Shown here: positions 30,059 to 39,235 of the stretch, in pieces | Layout: every line of letters begins with the position of its first letter | Numbering within the stretch: the first letter of the stretch is position 1 | Origin: Candidatus Kaiserbacteria bacterium | GTDB taxonomy: Bacteria > Patescibacteriota > Minisyncoccia > Phycocordibacterales > UBA2100 | DNA: 64,000 nt | NCBI GenBank assembly: GCA_016186695.1 | Contig: JACPLC010000001.1 | Location: 109,718 to 173,717, forward strand | Reading direction: 5' to 3' | Translations under genes and position numbers: made by a program | Notes under the pieces: generated by a model | Told to the model about the DNA's origin: nothing | What the model saw: the letters and a program-made list of their open reading frames with translations, nothing else | The model's database searches: none

Positions 30059-31138
30059 TCAAGATACCTTGCCGGAGATCAATACATTGTCTCCGAATCT
30101 CATGACAGAGACATCGTTCAAGCGGGATGCGCCGTGGAGCGTCCGCACACCCCTACCTCCGATCGTCGAGGCATCCTTTCCGCCGATGAGGACCGGAGCA
30201 TAGAATGCGTAGACTCGATCGAGAAGCCTTTCATCAAGAAAGCTGCCGATAGTCTTTCCACCCCCTTCCACGAGAATACTCACGATGTTTCGTTTTCGGA
30301 GTTCTCTGAGAAGTCCCCGAAGCGGAATTCCCTTGCCTTTGAATAGGAGAATTGTACTACCGCGTTTCTCCAAAGCCATTTTTTTGCGTCGTGGGGCGCC
30401 GAAAGATGCCGCGATCAGTACGTTCTGGTCGCGGAGCACTTTGGCGGAGAGGGGAATGCGAAGGTCCGGATCGAGAATAATTCGCAGGGGGTCTCTTTTC
30501 CCCTGTGCACGTACGCCCAAGTGCGGGTCGTCAGAGAGAATAGTCCTGATTCCGACGAGCACCGCTTGGTAGCTTCCACGGAGACTTCGTGCATACGCGC
30601 GCGCCTCTTTATTCGTTATCCACTTCGAATCTCCCGTACGTGTTGAGAGTTTGCCATCGAGACTCGCGGCATACTTGAGCCCAATAAAGGGTCGTTTTTT
30701 CCGGTGGAAGGTGAAAAATGCCTCGTTCAGCGCTCTCGCTTCGTTCGCGCACGCGCCAACGCGCACGGGAATACCTGCCTTGCGCAGTCTCGTAATCCCT
30801 TTTCCGTTCACGCGTGGGTTGGGGTCTTTCGTCGCGCAGACGACGCGTTTGATTCCCGCTTGTATGATCGCGTCAACGCACGGCGGTGTTTTGCCGAAAT
30901 GTGCGCACGGTTCCAGGTTTACATATAGTGTTGCACCTCGCGCTCCCTCTCCCGCTTCCGAAAGCGCCTCGATTTCGGCGTGCGATTTTCCTGCGCGCTT
31001 GTGGAAACCACGTGCGGTAACGCGTGTGCCTTTCACGATTACCGCTCCAACCATCGGGTTGGGGTTCGTCCAACCCGCACCTTTTTTGGCAAGGCGGAGC
31101 GCTTCATGCATGAGGGTTTCGTCGAATCGCGGGGCCAT
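30059..31138 (-). CDS. ribD: Bifunctional riboflavin biosynthesis deaminase/reductase (diaminohydroxyphosphoribosylaminopyrimidine deaminase and 5-amino-6-(5-phosphoribosylamino)uracil reductase)
   Basis: CMP/dCMP deaminase zinc motif HAEIEAL...EPCAHFGKTPPC. C-terminal reductase domain. Confidence 0.88.
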   Translation of the reverse strand: MAPRFDETLMHEALRLAKKGAGWTNPNPMVGAVIVKGTRVTARGFHKRAGKSHAEIEALSEAGEGARGATLYVNLEPCAHFGKTPPCVDAIIQAGIKRVVCATKDPNPRVNGKGITRLRKAGIPVRVGACANEARALNEAFFTFHRKKRPFIGLKYAASLDGKLSTRTGDSKWITNKEARAYARSLRGSYQAVLVGIRTILSDDPHLGVRAQGKRDPLRIILDPDLRIPLSAKVLRDQNVLIAASFGAPRRKKMALEKRGSTILLFKGKGIPLRGLLRELRKRNIVSILVEGGGKTIGSFLDERLLDRVYAFYAPVLIGGKDASTIGGRGVRTLHGASRLNDVSVMRFGDNVLISGKVS

Positions 31139-31140
31139 GT

Positions 31141-32367
31141 TTAGACGCGGAGCAGGCGATGCCCCAATTTCCGCTTCTTTGTTCTCAGGTATTTCACGTT
31201 TGTCCGGCGCGGCTCCACTTCGAGCGGAATAGTGGCGCTGATAGATGTGCCGTATCCCGAGAGCTGCCGCTCTTTTTCGGGATTATTCGTGAGGAGACGT
31301 ATGTCGTGTACGCCGATGTCTTCGAGGATGTGCGCGGCCGCTTCATAGGTACGTCCGTCGGCGGAAAAGCCAAGTGCCTCGTTTGCTTCCACCGTATCGA
31401 AGCCCCTGTCCTGCAGTGCGTAGGCTTTTATTTTGTTCCCAAGTCCGATCCCGCGACCTTCCTGACTCGCGTACACGATGACACCCGAACCCTCCTTACC
31501 GATCCTGCGCATGCTCTCCTTGAGCTGCTCTCCGCAGTCGCAGCGGCGCGAAAAGAGCGTATCGCCCGTGAGGCACTGCGAGTGTACGCGCACGAGCGTA
31601 TTCTTCCGTGGTTTGCCGAGGACGAGCGCAGCGTGTTCGCGTCCGTCGAGAACGGATTTATATGCGGTAACAGCGAATGTTCCATAGGCGGTGGGAAGTG
31701 TCGAAGAGGAGACGCGAACCACGCTCGAGCTGTGTGTCGCGGGCGGCAGGGGATGTTGCTCGAGGTAGCGCACGAGGTCCTCTACCGAGATTATTTTTAT
31801 CTGAAGCGTCCGCGCAAGCCGGAATAGCTCGTGACCTTTTGCCATGCGACCGCTTGTGCCGACGATTTCGCACAAGACTCCCGCTGGTGTTCTTCCCGCG
31901 AGCCGCGCGAGGTCCACCGCTGCTTCTGTATGTCCCCGGCGTTCGAGCAGACCGCCTCTTCGCGCGACGAGTCCGAACACGTGTCCGGGTTTGACGATGT
32001 CTTTCGGTTTCGATCGCGGGTCTACGAGCACGCGGATTGTCTTTGCCCGATCATGCGCGGAAACGCCGGTCGTGATTCCATGCGCGGCGCTCACGGAGAC
32101 GGTAAAGCCCACACCGGTTTTTTCTTTGTTCTCGTCTCTCGGTACCATAAGCGGAAGATGCAAACGACGCGCCTGCGCCTCCGTGATCGCGGCACACACA
32201 AGTCCGCCAGCGCGCTTGATCATCGTTCTCAGTGTGGCGGGAGTTACCGTCTCCGCGGCGATGAAAAGATCGCCCTCGTTTTCGCGTTTGGGACTGTCGA
32301 CGATGATAAGCATCTTGCCTTTTCTCACATCGGCGATTGCTTCCGGTATCGTGCTGAATCTGTTCAT
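31141..32367 (-). CDS. ribBA: Bifunctional 3,4-dihydroxy-2-butanone-4-phosphate synthase / GTP cyclohydrolase II
   Basis: DHBP synthase N-terminal half, then a GTP cyclohydrolase II half with CxCxxxC-like zinc ligands. Start chosen at MNRFSTIPEAI so that it overlaps the ribH stop by ATGA. The ORF-track start at 32541 lies inside ribH. Confidence 0.85.
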   Translation of the reverse strand: MNRFSTIPEAIADVRKGKMLIIVDSPKRENEGDLFIAAETVTPATLRTMIKRAGGLVCAAITEAQARRLHLPLMVPRDENKEKTGVGFTVSVSAAHGITTGVSAHDRAKTIRVLVDPRSKPKDIVKPGHVFGLVARRGGLLERRGHTEAAVDLARLAGRTPAGVLCEIVGTSGRMAKGHELFRLARTLQIKIISVEDLVRYLEQHPLPPATHSSSVVRVSSSTLPTAYGTFAVTAYKSVLDGREHAALVLGKPRKNTLVRVHSQCLTGDTLFSRRCDCGEQLKESMRRIGKEGSGVIVYASQEGRGIGLGNKIKAYALQDRGFDTVEANEALGFSADGRTYEAAAHILEDIGVHDIRLLTNNPEKERQLSGYGTSISATIPLEVEPRRTNVKYLRTKKRKLGHRLLRV

Positions 32368-32807
32368 AGCTCGGAGAGGGTTCGTATCATCGCCAAGGCC
32401 GATGTAGCAGCTTCGACGCCCTTGTTCTCTTTCTTTCTTGTTGCGCGATCGAGCGCGTCTTCGAGTCGGTAGACAGCGAGCACTTCGAAGATGACCGGTA
32501 TTTCGTATGTTAAGGAAACATCCATACATCCCCGCGCACATTCATTGGCGATTTGCTCGAAATGGTAGGTCTCACCCTTCACGATCGCTCCGAAGACGAT
32601 GAGTGCATCATACGTGCGTTTTTTCGCGATGCTCTTTGCGAGGAGCGGTATCTCAAGTGATCCCGGAACCCTGAAGACGTCGATCTGCGATCTTCTGATG
32701 CCTTTGTGCACAAGTGTATTGATACAGTTTCGCTCAAGCGCGCGCGCGACCTCCATTCGGAAGGAGCTGCTGATAATTGCAATACGGATGTCTTTTGTGT
32801 TCTTCAT
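32364..32807 (-). CDS. ribH: 6,7-dimethyl-8-ribityllumazine synthase
   Basis: Lumazine synthase fold of about 147 aa, conserved through GAIVKGETYHFE. Confidence 0.88.
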   Translation of the reverse strand: MKNTKDIRIAIISSSFRMEVARALERNCINTLVHKGIRRSQIDVFRVPGSLEIPLLAKSIAKKRTYDALIVFGAIVKGETYHFEQIANECARGCMDVSLTYEIPVIFEVLAVYRLEDALDRATRKKENKGVEAATSALAMIRTLSEL

Positions 32808-33388
32808 GCGTGAGTTTTGAGAAGTTTCTCGAGGTATTTGCCGATAACATCGACCTCGATGTTGACGGGGTCACCCGGTTTGAGCGCGTGCATCGATGTC
32901 GTACGCCACGTATGCGGAATAATGCCGACGGTGAAATGGTTTTGACCGGCGCTCATTACCGTGAGCGAAACGCCGTTGACCGCGATCGATCCTTTCCCGA
33001 CGACATACTTGGAAAGCGTCCGGGGAATCGAAAATCTCAACACCCGATCTTCTTTTTGCCGGTCGATGCGCGCTACGCGTGCGCTTATGTCCACGTGTCC
33101 CTGAACGAGGTGGCCCGAGAGGAATGTGTTCGGCGTAACCGGCAGTTCGAGGTTGACCACAGAGCCTCGGAAGAGCTTCCCGAGATTTGTCCGCACGTTC
33201 GTCTCCGACATTATGTCGGCGGTAAACGTATTTGGACGGCGTCCGACGACGGTGAGGCACACGCCCTCTACGGCAACACTTGTTCCGATCTGTAGTTTTC
33301 CGCAGAAGCCTCGCGTGGCTGAAATTGTCAGACGTGTTTTGTCTGCATTCTTGACTGTTCCTGTGTGTGAAATAATTCCACTGAACAT
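32804..33388 (-). CDS. ribE: Riboflavin synthase alpha subunit
   Basis: Two lumazine-binding repeats, each starting MFTGI/MFSGI-like. 194 aa. Confidence 0.85.
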   Translation of the reverse strand: MFSGIISHTGTVKNADKTRLTISATRGFCGKLQIGTSVAVEGVCLTVVGRRPNTFTADIMSETNVRTNLGKLFRGSVVNLELPVTPNTFLSGHLVQGHVDISARVARIDRQKEDRVLRFSIPRTLSKYVVGKGSIAVNGVSLTVMSAGQNHFTVGIIPHTWRTTSMHALKPGDPVNIEVDVIGKYLEKLLKTHA

Positions 33389-33394
33389 AAGAAA

Positions 33395-33548
33395 AACCCC
33401 GCTGCTTCGGGGTTATGCGCTCCGCTCGAAAGAGCGGTCTTCCTTCTTTTATCCCGACTGTACGGTCGGTCGCGGGATCTCACCGCAGTCGTGTCCCGAC
33501 TTTTGTCAGGACTCGTGGACTCGCCCCTCGAGAGGAGCTCTACCACCG
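33395..33548 (-). ncRNA. FMN riboswitch (RFN element) with intrinsic terminator, upstream of ribE
   Basis: Minus-strand sequence ...AGGGGCGAGTCCACGAGTCCTGACAAAAGTCGGGAC...GATCCCGCGACCGACCGTACAGTCGGGATAAAAGAAGGAAG matches conserved RFN blocks (for example CCGACAGTGAAAGTCTGGATGGGAGAAGGA). Followed by hairpins CCGCTCTTTCGAGCGG and CCCCGAAGCAGCGGGG plus a T-tract that abuts the ribE ATG. Confidence 0.8.
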
Positions 33549-33725
33549 ATTGGGACTTTCCGCCAATCTGGCGGATCACCCAAACCCCGAAGGAAATGTA
33601 AGTATACCGCTCGCTTCAACGAAAGCCAACCGTTATACTTTCGAAATGCAGAGCAAAGAAACGATAGCGGCTATGGTGCTTCTTTTTGCGATGTATAAGG
33701 TAGCTAAACTCAATCGCGAGAAAAG

Positions 33726-34751
33726 CTAGCGATCCAAGCCCAAACTGATGCCGTTGATGATTTGAGGAATAATGTGAACAAGCGGCCCAGCTGATCCACG
33801 CTCGACGTATATTCGTAACTCCAACATGCTATCGCCGCGATCTATCAATAGAATAGCGGAAAAATAAATGAGAGAATCAAATTCCTGCATCCCGTAGAGC
33901 CAATACACCGGCAAGTTGTTCAGCGTACTTTTTGTTGTGCTCGAAATGTCCATTCTACGCTGCGACGACCACTTCTTCTGATAGTTTTGTGCGTACGAAT
34001 CAAACGTCGCGCCATATGAGTCGAATTGCATACTAGTATCGTAGAGATACCTGATCATTCCTATGTGTACAATGCCAACGCTATTGCCTCTTCTATCTTT
34101 GCCGACGAGGTTTATAGATTTTAGAGGACCGGATGAGAAATCCTTTTCCCACCCTTCAGGGTAAGGAACACTCAATGTGCTGCTTGGGTCATCAGAAATC
34201 CAGTCAAGCCGTGTCCAGAATTCGCTTGGGATAACTGCCGTCGAGACAGTAAAAGAGTATGGGTTATCCAAGCCTAGATCGGATGAATAGCATAGAAAAG
34301 AGTATTCGCCGTCCCATTCACATGCCGAGAAATAAGGTCCGCCGAAGGTGTCGGCATTTGAGGCGGTGTATGATTTTTTATCATGGTCGAAATTGAAATC
34401 GCCAAAATATCTGTCATTTTCCAGAACTGAAAGACTAAAAGGATACGTACCGTGTTCTCGCTTGTATGTATCAATAGCAGTCGCCACCTGGAAAAGGCTC
34501 AGTGAATTTTGTTGCGGAGTAGTTTTCAGTTCTCCACCATCGGATGTGCCGAACATATTTTGTTGCTCTCTAAGTGATGGCCCGTTCTGAGCATTTATTT
34601 GCGTAAGAAATGTGCTTTCAGGTGTTGGTAAAGAGGTGGCCGTGGTTCTCGCAGGAGAGCGAAAGACCCAAAAAACGATGCCGAGCAGAGCTGCAATTGT
34701 TACAAAGACAGCAACGTAGATACCGAAATGTGTATTGTGCTGCGGGTTCAC
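33726..34751 (-). CDS. Hypothetical membrane-anchored/secreted protein, compositionally atypical (about 45% GC versus about 58% in the flanks)
   Basis: N-terminal TM helix. Rich in Ser/Tyr/Asp/Gly. No recognised domain. Clear local GC drop. Confidence 0.6.
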   Translation of the reverse strand: MNPQHNTHFGIYVAVFVTIAALLGIVFWVFRSPARTTATSLPTPESTFLTQINAQNGPSLREQQNMFGTSDGGELKTTPQQNSLSLFQVATAIDTYKREHGTYPFSLSVLENDRYFGDFNFDHDKKSYTASNADTFGGPYFSACEWDGEYSFLCYSSDLGLDNPYSFTVSTAVIPSEFWTRLDWISDDPSSTLSVPYPEGWEKDFSSGPLKSINLVGKDRRGNSVGIVHIGMIRYLYDTSMQFDSYGATFDSYAQNYQKKWSSQRRMDISSTTKSTLNNLPVYWLYGMQEFDSLIYFSAILLIDRGDSMLELRIYVERGSAGPLVHIIPQIINGISLGLDR

Positions 34752-34808
34752 GCACTTAGTATCCCACGTCGACGCATCGCTTCGTTGGCGAGGCAGATAA
34801 TAGGTGGA

Positions 34809-34814
34809 TATACT
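34809..34814 (+). promoter_or_regulatory. TATACT -10 hexamer 6 nt upstream of the prfB ATG
   Basis: Sequence ggaTATACTgcttcaATG. Confidence 0.35.
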
Positions 34815-34820
34815 GCTTCA

Positions 34821-35699
34821 ATGCAGAAAGAGGTGATCGAAGGGCGCATTGCGGAGATCGAGGCGCAGATGGGAGCCGCGGATTTTTGGGCTGACAAAGA
34901 AAAAGCGCAGGCGGCGCTCAAAGAGTATCAGGAACTGAAGCAAAGATTGGCGGGGGCGGGAAGTTACGACAAGGGGAATGCCATACTCTCCATCGTTTCT
35001 GGCGCAGGCGGTGACGATGCGGAAGATTTTTCCCGCATGCTCTTCGAGATGTTTACGAAGTACGCCGCCTCTCGAGGCTGGCGTACGCCTCTTCTTTCGT
35101 CCAACCAGAATACGATGGGCGGCTTTCGCAGTGTCTCGTGCGAGGTAGTGGGGCAGGGTGCCTACGGTACGCTCAAAAACGAGGCGGGCGTGCACCGGCT
35201 CGTGCGTCTCTCGCCCTTCGGGCAGGGCAAACGGCAGACCAGCTTTTCGCTTGTCGAGGTGTTGCCGGAGTTGCCAGATGTGGGCGAGGCGCATATTCCC
35301 GAAGGCGAGCTCGAAATTACCGTGGCGCGCTCCGGCGGCCCCGGCGGACAGAACGTCAACAAGCGTGATACAGCAGTACGCATGACCCATAAACCCACCG
35401 GCATCTCCGTGCACGTCACTTCCGAGCGTAGTCAGGCACAAAATCGTGAAAAGGCCCTCGAAATACTGCGTGGAAAACTCTTTCAAATGCGCGAAGATGC
35501 CCAAAAACGCGAAGCGCGCGGGTATTCTGCAGGAGCATCCACCAAGATCGAGTGGGGAAGCCAGATCCGTTCCTACGTGCTTCATCCGTACCAGCTTGTA
35601 AAGGATCACCGGACCGACCACGAGCGACGCGATGTCGAAAAAGTGCTTAATGGAGATATACAGTCGTTCATCGATGCAGAATCGAAGTTGGAATCCTGA
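34821..35699 (+). CDS. prfB: Peptide chain release factor 2 (short form, no programmed +1 frameshift site)
   Basis: SPF stop-codon recognition motif (RLSPFGQGK). GGQ motif ([11 protein letters not shown]). 293 aa, lacking about 70 N-terminal residues compared with E. coli RF2. Confidence 0.85.
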   Translation: MQKEVIEGRIAEIEAQMGAADFWADKEKAQAALKEYQELKQRLAGAGSYDKGNAILSIVSGAGGDDAEDFSRMLFEMFTKYAASRGWRTPLLSSNQNTMGGFRSVSCEVVGQGAYGTLKNEAGVHRLVRLSPFGQGKRQTSFSLVEVLPELPDVGEAHIPEGELEITVARSGGPGGQNVNKRDTAVRMTHKPTGISVHVTSERSQAQNREKALEILRGKLFQMREDAQKREARGYSAGASTKIEWGSQIRSYVLHPYQLVKDHRTDHERRDVEKVLNGDIQSFIDAESKLES

Positions 35700-35774
35700 A
35701 TCGGAAGGGTATAATACTCGAATGCGTTTTGCATTGCTGCGCACTACTAACCACACGCTACGGGCTATCCTTCC

Positions 35775-36455
35775 ATGATTTACTACGACAAGGTTACAAA
35801 AATCTATAACGGAGATTCGCCTGCGGTTCAGGACATTACACTCGGTATCGATCCGAGCGAATTTGTTTCCATCGTTGGCCATTCGGGCGCTGGCAAGTCT
35901 ACGCTCCTCAAGATGCTTTTTGCAGAAGTCTACCCGACGGAAGGCGCTGTGTATTTTGGTTCTCGCGAGATCAAGGCGATGCGCGGTAAGGAATTACGCG
36001 ATCTGCGGCGGAACATCGGGACGATTTTTCAGGATTTCCGGCTTTTGCCCACCAAAACGGTGTATGAAAACATCGCGTTTGCGCTCGAGGTGGCCGGCAA
36101 ATCCGAGGATGATATTGCCGCCGACGTCCCGCACGTATTGGAACTCGTTGGGCTCCCCGACAAGATGTGGAGTTTTCCATCCCAGCTCTCGGGGGGGGAG
36201 CAGCAGCGGGTCGCGATCGCGCGCGCGATCGTCAACCAGCCCGACGTTCTGATTGCCGATGAGCCCACCGGCAATCTCGATCCCATCAACACGCACGACG
36301 TGGTTGAAATTCTTAAAAAAATCAACGATCTCGGTACCACTGTCTTTCTCGCCACGCACAACAAGAGTGTCGTGGATTCGATCGGCCGTCGTGTCGTCGT
36401 GATGGATCAGGGCAGGGTTGTGCGCGACGACAAATCGGGCAAGTACGTGTTGTAG
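35775..36455 (+). CDS. ftsE: Cell division ATP-binding protein FtsE
   Basis: Walker [13 protein letters not shown] signature [14 protein letters not shown], Walker B LIADEPT. Followed by ftsX. Confidence 0.88.
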   Translation: MIYYDKVTKIYNGDSPAVQDITLGIDPSEFVSIVGHSGAGKSTLLKMLFAEVYPTEGAVYFGSREIKAMRGKELRDLRRNIGTIFQDFRLLPTKTVYENIAFALEVAGKSEDDIAADVPHVLELVGLPDKMWSFPSQLSGGEQQRVAIARAIVNQPDVLIADEPTGNLDPINTHDVVEILKKINDLGTTVFLATHNKSVVDSIGRRVVVMDQGRVVRDDKSGKYVL

Positions 36456-36464
36456 AATTCAAGT

Positions 36465-37385
36465 ATGAGTACATGGGTCAATGTGAAGCGGGTGGCGAGG
36501 TACGGGCTCATTGGTTTCGTGCGCAACGGATTTGTGTCACTCGCGGCGGTTCTTATTATGACTATCACGCTCTTTGTCGCTGCAGGCCTCCTTATTCTCG
36601 GAGCTGCACTTAGCTCAACGCTGCAGCAGCTCACCGAAAAAGTAGATGTGACCGTCTACTTCACAACGAATGCATCCGAGGAGCAGGTTCGAGAGGTGCG
36701 AGGCTCACTCGAGGCACTTTCCGAAGTTGCTGTTGTGACCTACATAAGCCGCGAAGAGGCGCTCGCCATCTTCCGCGAGCGTCACAAGAACGATCAGCTT
36801 ACACTGCAGGCACTCGACGAACTCGGTGAAAATCCTCTCGGCGCTTCGCTCGAGATCCGCGCGAAAGAGACGAGCCAATACGAATCGATCGCTCGTTCGC
36901 TCGAAGCCATGCAGGAAGGTGGCGAAAGTGGCATTGATAAGGTGAATTTCTTCCAGAACAAGACCGCCATCGATCGTCTTACCAATATTATTGAAACCTC
37001 GGGGCGGCTCGGCATCGCGATCTCGCTCGTTCTGGGGCTTGCGACGGTGCTTATCGCCTTCAATACAGTGAGGCTTGCCATCTACACGGCACGGGATGAG
37101 ATCGGCGTTATGAATCTCGTGGGTGCCTCGCGTTGGTACGTACGCGGACCTTTTATGATAACCGGCGTACTCTACGGGCTCATAAGTGGTCTCATTGTGC
37201 TTCTCCTCCTGTATCCTCTTACACTCTGGATAGGTCCCGGGAGCGAGCGCTTTTTCGGCTCGTTCAATGTGTTTTCCTACTTTATCAGCTCGTTCCCCCT
37301 CGTATTTCTTGTCGTGATGGGTTCTGGGATCGGGCTTGGCGCACTTTCCAGCTATCTCGCGGTTCGCCGATACTTGCATACATAA
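36465..37385 (+). CDS. ftsX: Cell division permease FtsX
   Basis: FtsX topology: N-terminal TM helix, large periplasmic loop, three C-terminal TM helices. Confidence 0.85.
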   Translation: MSTWVNVKRVARYGLIGFVRNGFVSLAAVLIMTITLFVAAGLLILGAALSSTLQQLTEKVDVTVYFTTNASEEQVREVRGSLEALSEVAVVTYISREEALAIFRERHKNDQLTLQALDELGENPLGASLEIRAKETSQYESIARSLEAMQEGGESGIDKVNFFQNKTAIDRLTNIIETSGRLGIAISLVLGLATVLIAFNTVRLAIYTARDEIGVMNLVGASRWYVRGPFMITGVLYGLISGLIVLLLLYPLTLWIGPGSERFFGSFNVFSYFISSFPLVFLVVMGSGIGLGALSSYLAVRRYLHT

Positions 37386-37401
37386 AGAGAGAGGGTCGCT
37401 C

Positions 37402-37476
37402 GGGCGGGAGCGTTTTCCGCCTGCGGGACTCGCTTCGCTTCGAACAAGGTCCTCGGCGAAAAAGCGCTCCTGCCCT
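37402..37476 (+). repeat. Structured intergenic repeat family, copy 2 (downstream of ftsX)
   Basis: GGGCGGGAGCGTTTTCCGCCTGCGGGACTCGCTTCGCTTCGAACAAGGTCCTCGGCGAAAAAGCGCTCCTGCCC. The outer arms are complementary. Confidence 0.7.
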
Positions 37477-37514
37477 CACTAGGCACTCTCACTGCCCGCT
37501 CGTGGATTGTGTGT

Positions 37515-37520
37515 TATGAT
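37515..37520 (+). promoter_or_regulatory. TATGAT -10-like hexamer 8 nt upstream of the pyrG ATG
   Basis: Sequence gtgtTATGATggagcccgATG. Confidence 0.3.
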
Positions 37521-37528
37521 GGAGCCCG

Positions 37529-39190
37529 ATGAAGCGGCGTGCGCAGAGCGGGCATAAGTATATTTTTGTTGTCGGTGGGGTGATGTCCGGCGTCGGCAAA
37601 GGGATTGCGACGGCCTCGATCGGAAAACTACTCACCGCACGCGGAGTATCGGTGAATCTCGTCAAGATTGATCCGTATCTCAATGTGGATGCGGGTACCA
37701 TGAACCCAATAGAGCATGGGGAGGTTTTTGTTTTGGATTCCGGATTGGAAACGGACCAGGACATGGGAAACTACGAGCGATTTCTCGAGCGCGATCTTGG
37801 CGGAGACGACTACATGACGAGCGGTATGGTGTATGGCTCGGTAATTGCCCGCGAGCGTAATCTTGGCTATGGAGGAAAATGTGTCGAGACGATCCCACAT
37901 GTGCGCGATGAAGTGATCGAGCGTCTGCGGCGCGCCGCAGACGTATCGAACTCCGACATTTCGGTGGTGGAGATCGGCGGCACGGTCGGCGATTTTCAGA
38001 ACGCACTCTACATGGACGCGGCGCGTGTGATACACCTGCTTTCTCCCCACGACGTGCTCTTTGTCATGGTTTCATATTTGCCCGTACCTGGAACATTGGG
38101 AGAAATGAAAACGAAGCCGACACAAAACGCGGTGCGTCTTCTCAACTCCTATGGCGTACAACCCGACATCATCATCGCGCGCGCCGCGCATCCGCTCGAT
38201 CGGAAGCGCAAGGAAAAGCTCGCCATCAGCTGCAACGTGCATCCCGCCATGATCGTCTCCGCACCCGACGTTGAAAGTATTTACGATGTCCCAGTCAACT
38301 TCGAGCGCGACAAGCTCTCCGATATTCTGCTCGAGTCGCTCGGGTATGAAGAGAAGCCAGAGGCCGATCTCTCTGTGTGGAAAGAATTTGCCGACAAGGC
38401 GCGAAACGGCGGGAAGCGGGTAAAGATTGGCATTGTCGGCAAGTATTTTGATACGGGAGACTTCGTGCTCTCGGACGCGTACATCTCGGTCATCGAATCA
38501 ATAAAATTCTCCGCGTACGCCCATGACGCGAAACCAGAGATCCACTGGCTGAACGCAAAAACTTACGAAGCGAATCCGAAAGCTGTCGCCGAGCTCGAAG
38601 ACTATGATGGAATCTTAGTACCGGGGGGTTTCGGTGAGACAGGTATTGAAGGGAAGATCGCAGCAATCAAATTCGCGAGGGAGAACAAGATCCCGTATTT
38701 CGGTCTTTGCTATGGCATGCAGCTTATGACGGTCGAATACGCGAGGAATGTTGGAGGCCTTAAGAACGCGCATACCACCGAAATAAATCCCGAAACACCA
38801 CATCCCATTATCATGATATTGCCTGAACAGGTCGAGAAGTTGGCGAAGAAAGACTACGGCGGTTCGATGCGTCTCGGGGCATACCCATGCGATCTTGTCG
38901 AAGGGACGATTGCGCGCAAGGCCTATGGCAAAGAATCTATTTCAGAGCGTCACCGTCACCGCTACGAAGTAAATCCGGAATACATCGAGCGTCTCTCGAA
39001 AGCAGGCCTTGTTTTCTCCGGAATATCACCTGATCGCCGCCTGATGGAGATCGCCGAGCTTCCAAAAAAGGAACATCCCTTCATGCTCGGAACGCAGTTC
39101 CATCCCGAAATGAAAGCGCGCCCGCTTTCGCCGCATCCTTTGTTCAGTGCCTTCATCAAAGCAGCCATTGAGCGAAAGAAGAAGGCATAG
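37529..39190 (+). CDS. pyrG: CTP synthase
   Basis: N-terminal synthase domain (YIFVVGGVMSGVGKGI). C-terminal glutamine amidotransferase with GLCYGMQ catalytic Cys. Confidence 0.9.
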   Translation: MKRRAQSGHKYIFVVGGVMSGVGKGIATASIGKLLTARGVSVNLVKIDPYLNVDAGTMNPIEHGEVFVLDSGLETDQDMGNYERFLERDLGGDDYMTSGMVYGSVIARERNLGYGGKCVETIPHVRDEVIERLRRAADVSNSDISVVEIGGTVGDFQNALYMDAARVIHLLSPHDVLFVMVSYLPVPGTLGEMKTKPTQNAVRLLNSYGVQPDIIIARAAHPLDRKRKEKLAISCNVHPAMIVSAPDVESIYDVPVNFERDKLSDILLESLGYEEKPEADLSVWKEFADKARNGGKRVKIGIVGKYFDTGDFVLSDAYISVIESIKFSAYAHDAKPEIHWLNAKTYEANPKAVAELEDYDGILVPGGFGETGIEGKIAAIKFARENKIPYFGLCYGMQLMTVEYARNVGGLKNAHTTEINPETPHPIIMILPEQVEKLAKKDYGGSMRLGAYPCDLVEGTIARKAYGKESISERHRHRYEVNPEYIERLSKAGLVFSGISPDRRLMEIAELPKKEHPFMLGTQFHPEMKARPLSPHPLFSAFIKAAIERKKKA

Positions 39191-39235
39191 TCAAGCATCG
39201 GCTTGACTTTCGTTCGTGCGTGAGTAGCATGGAAC

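Noticed and set aside
30651-32472. Plus-strand ORFs of 193, 222 and 213 aa antisense to ribD and ribBA
   Set aside because: The rib genes on the minus strand are strongly supported by motifs and operon structure.
34730-34821. Programmed +1 frameshift site for prfB
   Set aside because: No CUU UGA C motif and no upstream ORF0. The upstream space is occupied by the start of the minus-strand gene.
34818-35882. 354-aa minus-strand ORF antisense to prfB and the start of ftsE
   Set aside because: The plus-strand frame carries unmistakable RF2 motifs (SPF, GGQ) and the FtsE Walker A. The antisense ORF is a high-GC artefact with no motifs.
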